From positions 29,016,001 to 29,080,000 of the forward strand of contig NC_073389.1 in NCBI RefSeq assembly GCF_028641065.1: a stretch of 64,000 bases of DNA, read 5' to 3'. The DNA comes from Leucoraja erinacea (taxonomy: Eukaryota). Made by a program: the position numbers and the translations under genes. Under the pieces are notes generated by a model that was not told where the DNA came from, did no database searches, and saw nothing but the letters and a program-made list of their open reading frames with translations. This document shows positions 21,480 through 34,137 of the stretch, piece after piece; positions within the stretch are counted from its first letter, which is position 1, and each line of letters opens with the position of its first letter.

Positions 21480-22330
21480 GCAGCTTCAGATCTCTTCCTG
21501 GCCCCGACCGTACGGACTTGGCTCCCACGTCCAGCCCCCGCTCGCCGGGACCCCCCCCCCCCCCCGACCGGATCGGACCCCGTCCCCACTCCCGACAGAA
21601 TCCTCGACCCGCCCCAGCCCCCGGTCCCACACAGACCGGGATCTTCCGCCGGGACCACCCAGCCCTCACCGCCCCCGCCCCGCTACACCCAGGCCCCGCT
21701 ACCACAGGCCCCGCTCCCCCCGACCAGGATCCCTTCCCCCGGGCCCCCCCTCGGCCCCGCTCCCCCCCAGGCCCCGGCCCCGCTCACCCGGGCCTCGGCC
21801 CCGCTCCCCCGGGCCTCGACCACCCCGGCCCCGCTCGCCCCCCCGCCCGCATCGGCCCCGCTCCCCCCGGCCCCGCATCGGCCCCGCTCCCCCAGGCCCA
21901 GGCCCCGCATCGGCCCGGCCCCGCTCCCCCCCCCCGGCTCCCCCCCCCCGCCCCGCCCCCCCCGGGCCTCGGCCCCGCTCCCCCAGGCCCGGCCCCGCTC
22001 TCCCCCGGCCCCGCATCGGCCCGGCCCCGCTCCATTCCCACCATCTTGGCGCCGCGTCCTCCGCTCGATGCTCGGGTCGAAGCGTTGGGCTCCTCTATAA
22101 TCTTTGGTCCAGACCCCGTACGGCGGCCGCGGGAGGACGGAAGCGCCGCGCGAATTCAAAATATGCGGCGCGGCGGTGAACCCGCCAAACCAAAGATTAT
22201 AGAGCGGAGCCAGACATCGGTGGTTCAAGGCTTAAAGTACAGTGAGGGTCGGTGACGGCCGCTGGATGAGTGAAGGGGTTTGCGTTGTTGGAGAGCGTGG
22301 GTTCAGTGAGTTGGGGCGCAGGGAGACGTC
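21480..22330 (-). promoter_or_regulatory. CpG island / APOO promoter and exon 1 region
   Basis: Very high GC/CpG; GGCCCCGCTC repeats; ETS CGGAAG at ~22138; AAGATGG YY1-like motif at the start codon. Confidence 0.7.
22042..22044 (-). CDS. APOO: APOO probable exon 1 coding part (start codon only)
   Basis: GGCGCCAAG-ATG|gtggga in a CpG island; phase 0 joins in frame to exon 2; an alternative donor at 21787 is out of frame. Confidence 0.5.
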
Positions 22331-22456
22331 GGAGTTAATTGGGGGGGGGGGGGGGGGGGGGGTGTTGGGTGAGTGTCTGGATTGGGTGAGGTGCAGGAAA
22401 GATGTTAGGGTCAGAGATAGAATTGTGGGTTCTGAGAGGGGGTTAACATGGAGGGG

Positions 22457-22950
22457 TTCTTCTTCTTCTTCGGAGTTTTACGGCAGCCGGCATCCACAAT
22501 GTTGCATTGCTGCCACCTTCTGGCTTCATTCCACAGTCCTCATGTCTTTACTTTATATCCTTTTTATAAGCCCAGAGGCCCTCAAGAAATCAAACAACAA
22601 CTTTATTCCTTTCCCTTTCCCTCCACACTCTAGAATGTTCTTTACTGATATTTCTGTCAATCCAATTTTCCTCATTTCAATTATCATAAATCCTCTTTCT
22701 GTCTCATATCTCCTACATGCAATTAGGGCATGCTGAACTGTTTCTGGCTGATGGCATTCCTCACACAGTCCAGTAGGGTGTTTTCCCAATAATTTTAATG
22801 TGCTGTTCAGATAATTGTGTCCTATCCTCAATCTTGTTAATACTACCTGTTCCCCCCTCCTGGCTTCATTCCACAGTACTCATGTATTTATATTAGATCT
22901 TTTTTATAAGCCCAGAGGCCCTCAAGAAATTAAACAACAACTTTATTCCT
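22457..22950 (-). mobile_element. 3' end of an I/Nimb-type LINE
   Basis: ORF 22553-22831 RIGH...GLCEECHQPETVQHALIACRRY (CCHC knuckle of ORF2 C-terminus), (GAA)n tail at ~22457-22471, partial internal duplication 22515-22607 / 22856-22948. Confidence 0.7.
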
Positions 22951-23169
22951 CAGGGAGGGGTTGGGGTACAGGAGGGGGGTTGGAGTGTTATGGGCCGTTG
23001 GTTCACTGAGCTGCGAGGGTCAGTGAGTTCGTATAGAAGGGGTGAGGGGTTAGTGAGGATGTAAAAATTCAGAGTGGAGGTGGGGTGTTCAGTGAAGGGG
23101 TGGGGGGCTGTGGGCCCAGAGAGTAGGGTGTGAGTTCAAGGTGGGGATTCTTTCAGGAGGTTAATGAAG

Positions 23170-23740
23170 GACTCAGTGACCCTGTGTAGTGTGTGATAGG
23201 AGGGTGGTGAGGGACTGTGTGATGGGAGAGGGGTGGGGGTGTGTGACCCTTTGTTGTGTGTGATGGGGATGGGGTGTTCCCTGTATTGTGTGTGTGATCC
23301 TGTATTGTGTGTGAGGGTGTGTGACCTTGTAGACACAAAATGTTAGAGTAATTCAGCGGGTCAGGCAGCATCTCTAGAGAGAAGAAATGGGTGACGTTTC
23401 GGGTCGAGACCCTTTTTCAGACGTTGTGTGTGTGTGTGTTCCTCTGTGTTGTGTGTGAGGGTGTGCGTGTTCCCCTGTGTTGTGTGTGAGGGTGTGCGTG
23501 TTCCCTGTGTTGGGTGTGAAGTTTTGTGTGTGAGGGTGTGTGTGTTCCTCTGTGTGTGTGTGTGTTTCCGTGTTGGGTCTGAGGGTGCATGTGTTCCCGT
23601 GTTGTGTGTGAGGGTGTGTGTTCCCCTGTGTTCTGTGTGTTCCTCTGTGTTCTGTGTGTTCCCCGGTGTTGTGTGTGTGTTCCCCCGTGTTGTGTGTGTG
23701 TGTGTTCCCCTGTATTGTGTGGCCTCATGTGTTGTGTGTA
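23170..23740. repeat. TG-rich degenerate minisatellite (GTGTTCCCCTGTGTTGTGTGTGAGG-like), interrupted by a Penelope-terminus repeat
   Basis: Visible tandem periodicity. Confidence 0.8.
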
Positions 23741-23922
23741 TGATGCGGTGGGGTGACCCTGTGGGTGATGTCCATGGGGGTGGGAAGGACAGGGCTGTGT
23801 CCCGGCTCCCCGCTGACGGGATAAGCCGGTCCCGCTCCGCCCCGCTGCCGTCAGCCAGCTCGCTCCTCCCGGTCCCGCCCGCCCGTCTGCCTGCTCGGCC
23901 GCAGTTTGTCGGCAGCGAGCGG

Positions 23923-24061
23923 ATGGCGGCGGTGAGGGTTGCGGAACGCCGGAGCGGAGCAGTGCGACCGGCGCCCAGCCCGGGCACCCCGCACGCCGAC
24001 TGGATGGGCAGCCTCCCGCGGTCACTCTGCGCCCTGCCCCTCGCCAACCTCGCCGTGCCGG
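23923..24061 (+). CDS. PLCXD2: PLCXD2 exon 1
   Basis: ATG in CpG island; MAAVRVAERRSGAVRPAPSPGTPHADWMGSLPRSLCALPLANLAVP(G)|gtaaga; ADWM.SLP...LPL.NLA.PG is the PLCXD N-terminal signature. Confidence 0.92.
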
Positions 24062-27000
24062 GTAAGATGCCGCTCGGCCGGGGGAGGGGAGTTGCGCCGG
24101 GGATCAGCATAAGTCTGGAGTGTGTGTTGACTGTAATGTATCCGCCACCTGTACTTTGTATGCACCATGCACCTACGTGTACACTTGTCACTGTGCGTTA
24201 CATTGTGTTTACCGGCATACCTGTGAGGTGTGCAGTTTCTGCTTACAACAAGCGTACATGTTTATATTCTGTCCAGTACATTTCTATGGGTCCATCGTGT
24301 TTTATGACCTATACTTATATGTATCAATAATATACTTTATCATTTCCTCCATCATATCCATAGGCGTCTATACTCATTGGTAAAACTGGAGCGATTCTGT
24401 CAGCTCTGCTGTGCTTTGTGGTGGGAACAGTCCCAGGCAATAGAATTTTTGCTGACGGATATATCCTGCTGGTATTATCGTGGTCAATCTTCTTTATGCA
24501 TTATACAGCGCCTCGCTCGTTTTTAAATTCGAAATCCATCAAGCCAACTATATCGAAACCATGTTCCGTTCCGGTTTAGCAACGCCACTACTCTGTTTTT
24601 CAGTTCCACTCTAACTTCTGGTACATTCTTTTGTTGTTAGCCTCTTTAACCTGCATCTCTGCTTTTCAGAATTTGTGTAATACTATTTATCTGTCCATGT
24701 CTTAGTTTTACTTTTACCGCTGCTATTGGTGTCTCTGGCAGGTGAATAGAGAGCCTTTGAGGTACCACCTCCAACTGATCCCTTTATTTATATTTGAACT
24801 CATTCCTTCTCAGCAGTAGAATGTTAGCGGCTAGCAAAAAAGTACGTACGTTTTTGCAGAATTATTACATGTTTCTTATTAAATTTAATGCTAGGGCTAT
24901 TCACAACCTGCATTTGAGTATTGTGTGCGCAAATAGAAATGGTACCAGCACAATAGGGTGACATTTTTAATAGTTTTATTTCTTACCACCTTTCCATTTG
25001 GCACTATTTTTATAAATGACACATCCGATTTTGTCAGAACTGATTAGAAATACGATTACCTAAATCCCATACCAAGTCCTGTCATTAAAGCAGCAACAAT
25101 TTGCTTTAAAGAACTGGGCACAGCTATTGGGTTTGTTCTTCTTAAGGGCAAGCTGTGAACTGGAACATACTTCACCAATCTTAAAGTAATTTGCCTGATT
25201 AATATTTTCTGATAACAATTTAGTTAAGATCGGTTTTCAGTGTCACCTGTCACAGGTGTTGATTTCACATTGTAAATTAATTGGATTGGGTTGGTACTTT
25301 GTGACCTGGTTCCTTCTCACAGTTTGTCTCTGAGTGAATCTCTGAATCAGATTCTTCAAACCAGTCATTTCAAGATTGGGTTGCATGTTGCCTCTTCCAG
25401 ATGCAATTCACATGAAAGAAAAAACGGTGAATATTTGTGCAAAGTTTGATCTTATGATGATGAATGATATTCTTGATTAGTACAGGTGTCAGGGGTTATG
25501 GGGAGAAGGCAGGAGGAGTATGGGGTTCGGAGAGAGAGATGGATCAGCCTATCCCTTTTGACCATATGAAATGTAGGTATAATAAGTGATTAGAAGGCAA
25601 ATGGTATGATGATCCTTATGGCAACCAGTACAAGAGTAGGGAGTTCCTGCTATGGTAGAGATTGAAAATGCTGGAAATACTCAGCAGCTGGGCCACCATT
25701 TTAACAAAGATACATTAAATATATTTGGACTTTCCTTAAATTTATCTCCCAGAACTATCTTCTGTCCCTTTTTGCCTTCCTGATTTCCTTCTTAAGATGC
25801 TCCTCTGTCTAAACTCCTTCAGGGATGCACTCGATCACAGCTGCCTATATCTGGTTCATGCCTCCTATTTCCTGAACAGAGTTTCAATTTCTCTCGTTAT
25901 TTTGGCTTCCTTACTCCCACCTGCCATACCCTTTAACAGGAACATCTCATCTCCCCTGAACTCTCACCTTTTAAAAGTGTCCAACTTTCTGGACTTCCAT
26001 TTGCCCACAAACAACCATTCCAATCAGCTTGCTGCGCCTACATTGCTAAACTTTTATGTTTTGTGTACAAGGACCCCTAGATTTCTTTTGTAACAAAACA
26101 TGTTCTCGGTCTCTTGAAATAATAATTTGCTGAATATGCTCACATTGTAGCTCACCCATCCATTTGCCCATTCACCTAATCTGCCCAGGCTTGCTGAGTT
26201 TCCTGGTTGCTAACATTTTAACTACCCTTCCTGTTTCTGTACCGGCTGTTACTCCAGCACTTTATTTCTTTTTTGTAACTCAGCAGGTCAGGTAGCAACT
26301 GTGGAGAATTCTGAAGAGAACTCTTGACTCAAAACGTCACATATCCATGTTTTCCAGTGATGTTGCCTGACCTGCTGAGTTACTCCAGCACTTTGTGTCC
26401 TTCTTTCCCTTACCAACCTTTCTGTCCTGCACTTCCTCCATTGCCAGAGTGAACTGGAGGAACTGCACCTCATTCTGCAGCATGAGCATTGAATTCCCCA
26501 ATTAACTTACTAACAACACCCCTTTTCCCTTCCCCCATGCCCTTCACCTATAACCCTTTCTCAGGCTTCATGTTTAGATTTATTATTGTCACGTGCCAAG
26601 CTACAGTAAGAAGTCTTGTGTTGCATGCTATCCAAACAGATCAGACATACTTTATATAAGCATAATCAAGTCAAACAAGAACCTGTGGAATTGGTCATTT
26701 CTATCATTAGCCGGGCTACATACCTTTCACAGATGCAGCCCTCTTAGGCTGTGTCGGCACGTAATGTTTACACAAACAGACTACTTTCCCACATTTGGTT
26801 GTGGCCATCCATGTATTAATTGTAACTACAGCTCCTTAAATCAGCAGTTAACATGACTAAACAATGGAATAGTATTCACATTCAACTTGCAGGCATGTAG
26901 CAGTTTAACAAAGAGTCAAATCGTGCTTCTCGATGAAGAAGGGAAAAAACATAGCCGGCTTCATCAACACTTCGCACTGCTTCAGAAAAGCAATGCAATC

Positions 27001-27298
27001 AAGGGCCTCTCGCACTCGCCTTGTCTCTCTCTTTTCTCTCTCCCGTGCGGTAGAAGATACAAAAGCTTGAAAGCACACACCACTAGTTTCAACAACAGTT
27101 TCTTCCCTGTCGTTATCAGACTCTTGAACAGCCCTCGCTATGCCAAGGATGAATTCTCAACCTTCCAATCTACCTTGTTGTGTTCCTTGCACTTGTATTC
27201 TGCACTCTGATTATTTTCTGTTTGCACTATCTGATGTACACCTGCATGGTATGCTTTGCCTGGTTAGCACTCAATACAAGGTTTTTCACACTATCTCA

Positions 27299-27710
27299 GT
27301 CTTCTTCTTAGGCCCCCTTCCGTCATGGCTGACCATGGGTGTCTCCAGGGTGCTATTCCCTATATGGAGGAAGCCTGTGCATGACTTTGTTTAACGTGGG
27401 GAGACTATTGCACAGACAGCCACCCCACGGTCCTTGACAGATCTGGGTTAGGATTCAGTGGCATGGAGTCCAAGACGACCGGAGACCCTTTTCTGCTGCA
27501 GCCTTCATCCGCCTTTCCAGCCGTTGTGACGCTCCACTAAGGTCAGCCATTATCCTCTGCCTGTTCTACCATTGAGGTCTTGGTTGGATTGTTCTTTGTC
27601 AGAGACCTCCCCCTCGACCGAACCGCCATGGGTGGCCCTACCAGGAGCATAGCTCCAGACGGCATCGCTCTCAGGATCTGGGGTCCACACAAGCTTCACC
27701 ACGACAAGGT
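27299..27710 (-). mobile_element. Short RTE (Rex3/Expander-like)-derived non-autonomous retroposon
   Basis: Minus strand starts ACCTTGTCGTGGTG...GATCCTGAGAGCGATGCCGTCTGGAGCTATGCTCCTGGTAGGG, resembling fish RTE 5' UTRs, and ends in (AAG)n. Confidence 0.6.
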
Positions 27711-29914
27711 TATCAGTAATAAATCAATACCAATACAACTGGCCCTGGTACCATGTTCGCTGCATGCTCTCAGACATGGTGAAACCAGCACAGAAGCCCT
27801 TTTAAAAAAAAATCAAAAGTCAGTGTGTTTCTAGTGTATTTGAACAAGAAATAGCAGGTTATCTGTCAACCATTCAAGTCCCTATATTTTGGCATATAAT
27901 TCTAAATCTATTTTACTACATTTCATATTCTGATCTTCTAATTCCTTAAAGTTGATCTTGCAGAAGGTATGTTATGTTTTTGTTTGTGTGAAGTTCAAGG
28001 ATTGTGCATCAACATCCTAAAGACAAGAGTAATGGAGAGATACAGCATGTGAATAGCCCTTCAACCCACCAGTCTATGCTGGCCATCAACTACCCAATTA
28101 TCACTAAATCCTTGTTAATCCCACATTCCCATCAACTACCTCCTTCAGATTCTGCCATTCGACCACACTTTAGGAGCAATTTCCAGTGGCCAATTAACCC
28201 ACCAAATCTGCAAGTAAATAAAAGACATGCCTCGAACAGTAAACTTGTAGTGCTGCGCAAAATATAAAACAGGAACTTCGGACAGCATACAACAAGGAAA
28301 TAAAGCAATCCTAGAGAGAGACTGAGCATTCAGCTAGCAAAGAGAATCAGACAGTCACATGGCAAAGAGACGGAACCCACCAAATCCACTCTCAGCATCA
28401 TGCACCTATTCACCACCATCCTTCACTTAATTCAGTTTTATTCTCCCTAGGTTCCCATCAACTCTCCCACCCAAATTCTACCACACCTACATGCCTTTGG
28501 GATGTGAGAGGAAGCATTAGGAGGAAACCCACTTGGTCTCAGGGGAAATGTGCAAACTCTACATGGACAGCACCTGAGATCTGGATTGAACCCAGGCTTC
28601 TAGTGTTGTGAGGCAGTGGCTGTATCAGCTGTGGTGCCCAAAACTCCTGCTATTTTATGTTTGGATGACATTTATTAGTTACGGACCATATTTTAATGAC
28701 ACACGAGAATGAAGCCTCAATTCATGAGGGTTTACCCAAAATGCCTTTAATCGTTTTGTACAAAATTACCATATTACTGTATTTTCATATTGCAAAGAAA
28801 TCTGGTTCACAAGGTAGATTCATCCAGTCTGCACCTCCATGTTTCAGACCTTGGTTTTGTAGATCTCACTGACCCATATTCCTGCTCACTGAAGTCTTGG
28901 GTCAGGAGTGTAGCCTCACTGAACTAGAGTAATAGAGACATACAGCATGGGAAAAGGTCACTTGGTCTGCATCGTCTTTCAAATCCTCACACTAACCCCT
29001 CCGATTAGATCCCTCACCCACACACTATGAACACATTGCAGTATCCAATAAATTCACCAACACTGGGATATGGAAGGAAGACGAACCCCTAGAGGAAACC
29101 ACGCAGCCACAGAGAACATTCAGACTCCACAAAGGCAGTTCCACAAAGACAGTGCTGGAGATCAGGATTGAACCTGGGTTTCTGGAGCTGCGAGGCAGCG
29201 GCTCACAATGGCCAGATTTACACCAGCTTCTAACAACAGCTACATGATCCAGAAGCAAAGCTCTTTCACTCCCCAGATGAGACTTAAACCCATAATCCCT
29301 GTCCTGCGATCCAGCGTCTTATCCATTAGGCCACCACATCAGCTGAAATACTACATCTGCACACAGAATGTAGTGGAAAGAAATGAGCACAAACATTTCC
29401 GTTCCAAAATTTTTGGCTACACTTTTCTGATAATGTTTTCCAAATGCGTAGATATGGCGGCATGTTTGAGTAGTGGAGATTTGAGTGTTTTAAAAAAAAA
29501 CACTTTTAAAAAAGGTGTATGGATAAAACGCAACAATTCAGCTCTATCTCAAAAATTCAAAAACAATCAGCATTGAATTCACAGAGACTCGGAGATGTGC
29601 CTGATTAGAGAAATACTACACGGAATTGTTAAAGGCAACTTATTTTAATTAATAAGTACACAAAAAAGCTGGAAAAACTCAGCGGGTGCAGCAGCATCTA
29701 TGGAGCAAAGGAAATAGGCAATGTTTTGGGCCGAAACCCTTCTTCAGACTATTTTAATTAATAGTAGATGAGACAACAGGGAGGATTGGTTATGTACATG
29801 GCCTTTCATTTGATAAAGCTCCACATCACAGGCTTTTCATGAAGGCCGGCACCAATGGAATATGAGGTCTGTTGAAGCATGGATATAAAATTGGCCAAGT
29901 TAGCGAGAAGTAGC

Positions 29915-30545
29915 AAAACAGAGTGCTGAAGGAACTCAGCAGGTCGGGCTGCATCTGTGAAGGGAATGGACAGATCATGTTTCAGCCAAACGGACCCTTC
30001 TTCAGACTAATTGTAGTAGGGTGGATAAAGCTGGAAAAAAGAGGTGGAGGCGGGACAAAGCTTGGCAAGTGATAGGTGAATGTAGTTTGGGTGGGGGGTG
30101 CGATTGGCAGATGGATGGAGTAAGCATTAAAAGCTAGAAGTGAAAAGGAGACAATGGATGTCAGATATGGAAAAGAGGAGGAATTGAATGTAAAGGCAGA
30201 GGGAGGGATATGAGTGAAAGAAGACGGGCACGGGAGGGAAAAGGGAAATGGGGCGGGGATAGGAGATGAATGTACAAAGGAGGGAAAGGAAAATGTGGCG
30301 GGGGTCAGGGGAAAGCGAGGGGGTGGGGAGTATTGAAATATACTGTTGGGTTCCAAGCTGTTCCTCCAGTTTGTGTGTGGCCTCACTCGGACAATGGAGG
30401 CAGCCAAAGACAAAAAGGTTAGTATGGGAAGAGGAGTTGGAATTAGCAACTGGGACTCCAGCAGACCATGGCAGGCAGCTCAGATGTTCAGCAAAATGGT
30501 CGCCTAGTCTTTGCTTGGTCTCACTGATGTGAAGGAGGCCACATC
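29915..30545 (-). mobile_element. Penelope-like element 3' part (GIY-YIG endonuclease remnant + terminal repeat)
   Basis: CGLLHISETKQRLGDHFAEHL...PVAN..SSSH...LHCPSEATHKLEEQ; CTGAAGAAGGGTCC hammerhead-like core at ~29980-30007. Confidence 0.8.
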
Positions 30546-30799
30546 GGGAGCTAATCCCACCTGCCTGTATTTGGCTCATATCCCACTAAACCTATCCTAT
30601 CATGTACCTTTCCAAATGTTTTGTAAACTATGTGACAGTACCTGCCTCAACTACTTCCTCTGGCCATACCTATATTCTATGCACCCTCCACCTTTTGTGT
30701 TAAAAAAAATTTGCCCCTCAGGTTCCTATTAAATCTCCCCCCCACACTTTAAACCTATGTTCTCTGGTTCTTGATTTCCCTACTTTGGGTACAAGATTG

Positions 30800-32430
30800 T
30801 TTCTTTAGATTCCCACCGTGTCCTTGGATATATCTACTCAGGGCCAGGAGATTTGTCCATCCTCATACATGCTAGGACCTTCAGCACCTCCATCGACCAT
30901 AATACTGACTGCCCTCGAGACTTCCATTGACAACCCCAAGTTCGCCGCTCCTCGTGTCTTTCTCCACGATAAAAACAGAAGAGAAATACTCATTGAGGAC
31001 CTTGCCCATCTCCTGTAGCTCCACACAGAGTTAACCACTTTGATTCCTGAGGGACCCCATTCTCTCACTGGTTACCTTTTTCCCTTCATGTACTTTAATA
31101 AACACGGGATTATCCTTGATATTATTTGCCAGCTACCTCCTGCCTCTTTTTTTGCTCTCCTGGTTTATTTTTTTTTAGTTTGCTCCTCAGTTCCCGAAAC
31201 TCCTCCAAGGAAACACTTGATCCCAGCTGCTTATACCTGCCCCATGCTGCCTCCTTAGTGTTAACCTGAACCAGTTTCTTTTCTCATCCAAGCTTCCTTA
31301 CACCCACCTGCCGCCCTTCACTCTAGTCGGTCCTGGATTCTTGTCAGCACACTCTTAAAAAAGATCCCACTTTCCAGACATTCCTTTCCTTCGAACAACC
31401 TGCTCCAATCAACATGAGTGAGTTCCTATCTAATACCTTTGAATTTGGCCTTGCCTCAGTTTAGCATTTTAACTTGTGGGCCCGCCCTGTCTCTTCATAT
31501 TATCCATCTATTCATAGTCACAGGTAGATAGCTTTGGGCACATTGGCCTTCATCAGTCAGAGTATTGAGTGGAGCAGTTGGGTGGTCATGTTGCAGTTAT
31601 GTAGGACGTGTATGAGGCCGCATTTAGAGTATTTTGTTCAGTTTTGGTCACAATGTTACAGGAAAGATGTCAAGCTGGAAAGGGTGCAGAGAAGATTTAC
31701 AATGATGCTTCCAGGACTCGAGGGCCTGAGTTATCGGGAGAGATTGAGCAGGCTAGGACTCGGAAAGCAGAAGAATAAGGGGCGATCTTATTTAGCGGTG
31801 TACAAAACCATGAGAGGAATAGATCGGATAAATATTAGTCATTGCCAGAGTGGGAGAATTGAGAACCAGAGGACATAGGTTTAAGGTGAGGGGGAAAGCT
31901 TTAAAAGGAAGCCGAGGGGTAACTTTTTTTACACAAAGAGTAGTGGGTGTATGGAACGTACTGCCAGAGGAGGTATTTGAGGCAGGTACAATCGCAATGT
32001 TTAAGATATTTAGGTACGTGGATAGGATAGGTTTTGAGGGATATGGGCCATATAGGTTTCGAGGCATATGGGGCTATTGTAGATGATCGGTGTGGGTAAG
32101 TTGGGCCGAAGGGCCTGTTTCCACATTTTATGACTATGACTCTATAACTATCTTTATTCCATTAGAACATTGGTCACTGGTCCCAAAAGGCTCACTATAT
32201 CCACTTACCGCTCCCAATTTCCTAAGACTAGACCAAGCCTTATCCAATGTAGGGCCCACTACATATTGGCTGAGGAAACCTTTCTGAACACATTTGACAA
32301 ATTCTGCCTTGTCTAAACCAGTCCCAGTCATTATTAGGAAATTTAAAATTCCATACTACAACAACCTTATTAGTCCTGCAGCTGTCTGCAATCTCCTGGC
32401 ATATTTGCTCTTCTAACTCCATTGCTGGAT
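30800..32430. mobile_element. Cluster of CR1 LINE fragments (plus-strand 3' end at ~31520-32140; minus-strand pieces on either side)
   Basis: RPHLEYFVQFWS..YRKDVKLERVQRRFT; RTRGHRFKVRG..FFTQRVVGVWN. Confidence 0.8.
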
Positions 32431-32794
32431 TACCCTGGTCAGAATGGACGTGTTGGGGTCGAGAGCCTGGTTTCCATGGTGTATGACTCTGACTTTAAAT
32501 GTTGCAGAGCTCTGGGGAGAGTGGGAGTGGGCTAGATGGATTTGTCTTGATAACTGATGCTTCTTCATGGGTTAAAGGACTTTTTTCTATGCTACAACCT
32601 TCCTGTTATTCTGCAAATTGCTACATCTACATTTTCTATTGTGTTTTGCCAAACATCATGTTATTCCAATGTGACCGAATTTTGTGGAGTACATCTCTGC
32701 AAGGTTGTAACTGCACTAGACTGCTTTGCTGCCATGTTGAATTTTGCTTTTAGTCACAGAAAGCGAAATGTTATTTGCATTGAGCCGTCTATAG

Positions 32795-33350
32795 TGTAGG
32801 AAGGAACTGCAGATGCTGGTTTACACCAAAGATAGACACAAAAAGCTGGAGTAACTCAGCGGGACAGGCATCATCTCTGGAGAGAAGGAATGGGTGACAT
32901 TTCGGGTTGAGATCCTTCTTCAGAATGAGAGTCGGGGAGAGGGAGACTAGAGATATGGAGGGGTAAGGAGTGAAAAGGACAGATCAAAGGTTCATTGTTG
33001 GCTGAGGGCAAGGAGACAACGAGACATCCAATCAGTAAAATTAATCAGGGCAGTGAACCTAGTCGGAAAACTAGGGTGGGGTAAGGGCGGAGTGAGAGGG
33101 AAAGCAAGGGTTACATGAAGTCAGAGAAATCAATATTCATGCCAATGACGTACAAGCTGCCCAAGCAAAATATGAGGTGCTGTTCCTCCAATTTGCGTTC
33201 AGCCTCACTCTGACAGTGGCGGAGGCCCAGGACAGAAAGGTCAGTATGGGAATGGGACGGGGAGTTAAAGTGTTTGGGAACCGGGTGATATCATATGTCT
33301 AGGCAGACTGAGCGGAGGTGTTCAGCGAAACGATCGCCCAGCCTGCGCTT
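32795..33350 (-). mobile_element. Penelope-like element 3' part
   Basis: Minus strand encodes RRLGDRFAEHLRSV...PKHFNSPSHSHTDLSVLGL...KLEEQHLIFCLGSL; terminal repeat at 32800-32925; ends ~60 nt upstream of the PLCXD2 exon 2 acceptor. Confidence 0.8.
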
Positions 33351-33412
33351 GAGCCAAGTCTATTGTTCCAAGAATAAACAAACTTTGTGCATCTTCCTTG
33401 CTTCCTCTTCAG

Positions 33413-33876
33413 GATCACACGATTCCTTCAGCTTTTGGATTGATGAAAACTCCCCCGTTGGTCTGGATCAGCCAGTTGTAGTCAGGCAGCTGGCTGGAAT
33501 CTTCCGTTCTCTCTGGAAGAAAACGATGAAGAAATGGTCTGTGACCCAGAGCTTGAATTTCATAGAGCAGCTGGAAGCTGGCATTCGCTACTTTGACCTT
33601 CGAATCTCCATAAAACCAGGAGAGGGAAATGAGCTTTATTTCATCCATGGGTTGTTTGGCATCAAAGTTTATGATGGACTGATGGAGATTAACAACTTTT
33701 TGAAATCTCACAGCAAGGAGGTGATCTTTCTGGATTTCAATCACTATTATGCAATGGAGGACATAAACCATGAATACCTCATCGAAATGCTTAAAGAGAT
33801 ATTTGGGTCAAGACTCTGCCGAGCCAACCTAGTTGAGGAAATAACACTCCAGTATTTATGGGAGCGCAAATACCAG
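33413..33876 (+). CDS. PLCXD2: PLCXD2 exon 2
   Basis: cttcag|GA TCA CAC...CAG|gtgggt; 464 nt SHDSFSFWIDENSPVG...QLEAGIRYFDLR...FIHGLFGIKV...FLDFNH...YQ; both catalytic His of the PI-PLC X domain present. Confidence 0.97.
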
Positions 33877-33998
33877 GTGGGTCCACTCAGCTTTGCACAA
33901 TTTCAATGGTATTAAAACATGCAACCAACTGCACAGAGTCTGCCATTGGGTTATGTACGTTCCACTTATGGGCACCCTACATAGCAGAACAAGTTATC

Positions 33999-34033
<35 letters not shown>

Positions 34034-34137
34034 ACATTTAGTAATTCTTCGTTCTTATCAGTCTTATGTGCTTTTGACGCCATTCTTTACAACACCACGG
34101 AGGTACAATACATATACAATACAATACAATACATACA

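Noticed and set aside
21518-22255. 245-aa proline-rich ORF
   Set aside because: Translation of GC-rich CpG-island repeats, open on both strands
23428-24330. 300-aa Cys/Val-rich ORF
   Set aside because: N-terminal part is TG minisatellite; only 23923-24061 is real (PLCXD2 exon 1)
24250-24960. CpG-containing AT-rich block possibly encoding a transposase
   Set aside because: The frame I translated contains a stop and no recognisable motif; termini could not be paired
33295-33412. N-terminal extension of the 206-aa PLCXD2 ORF
   Set aside because: Intronic; antisense Penelope remnant upstream of the acceptor at 33412
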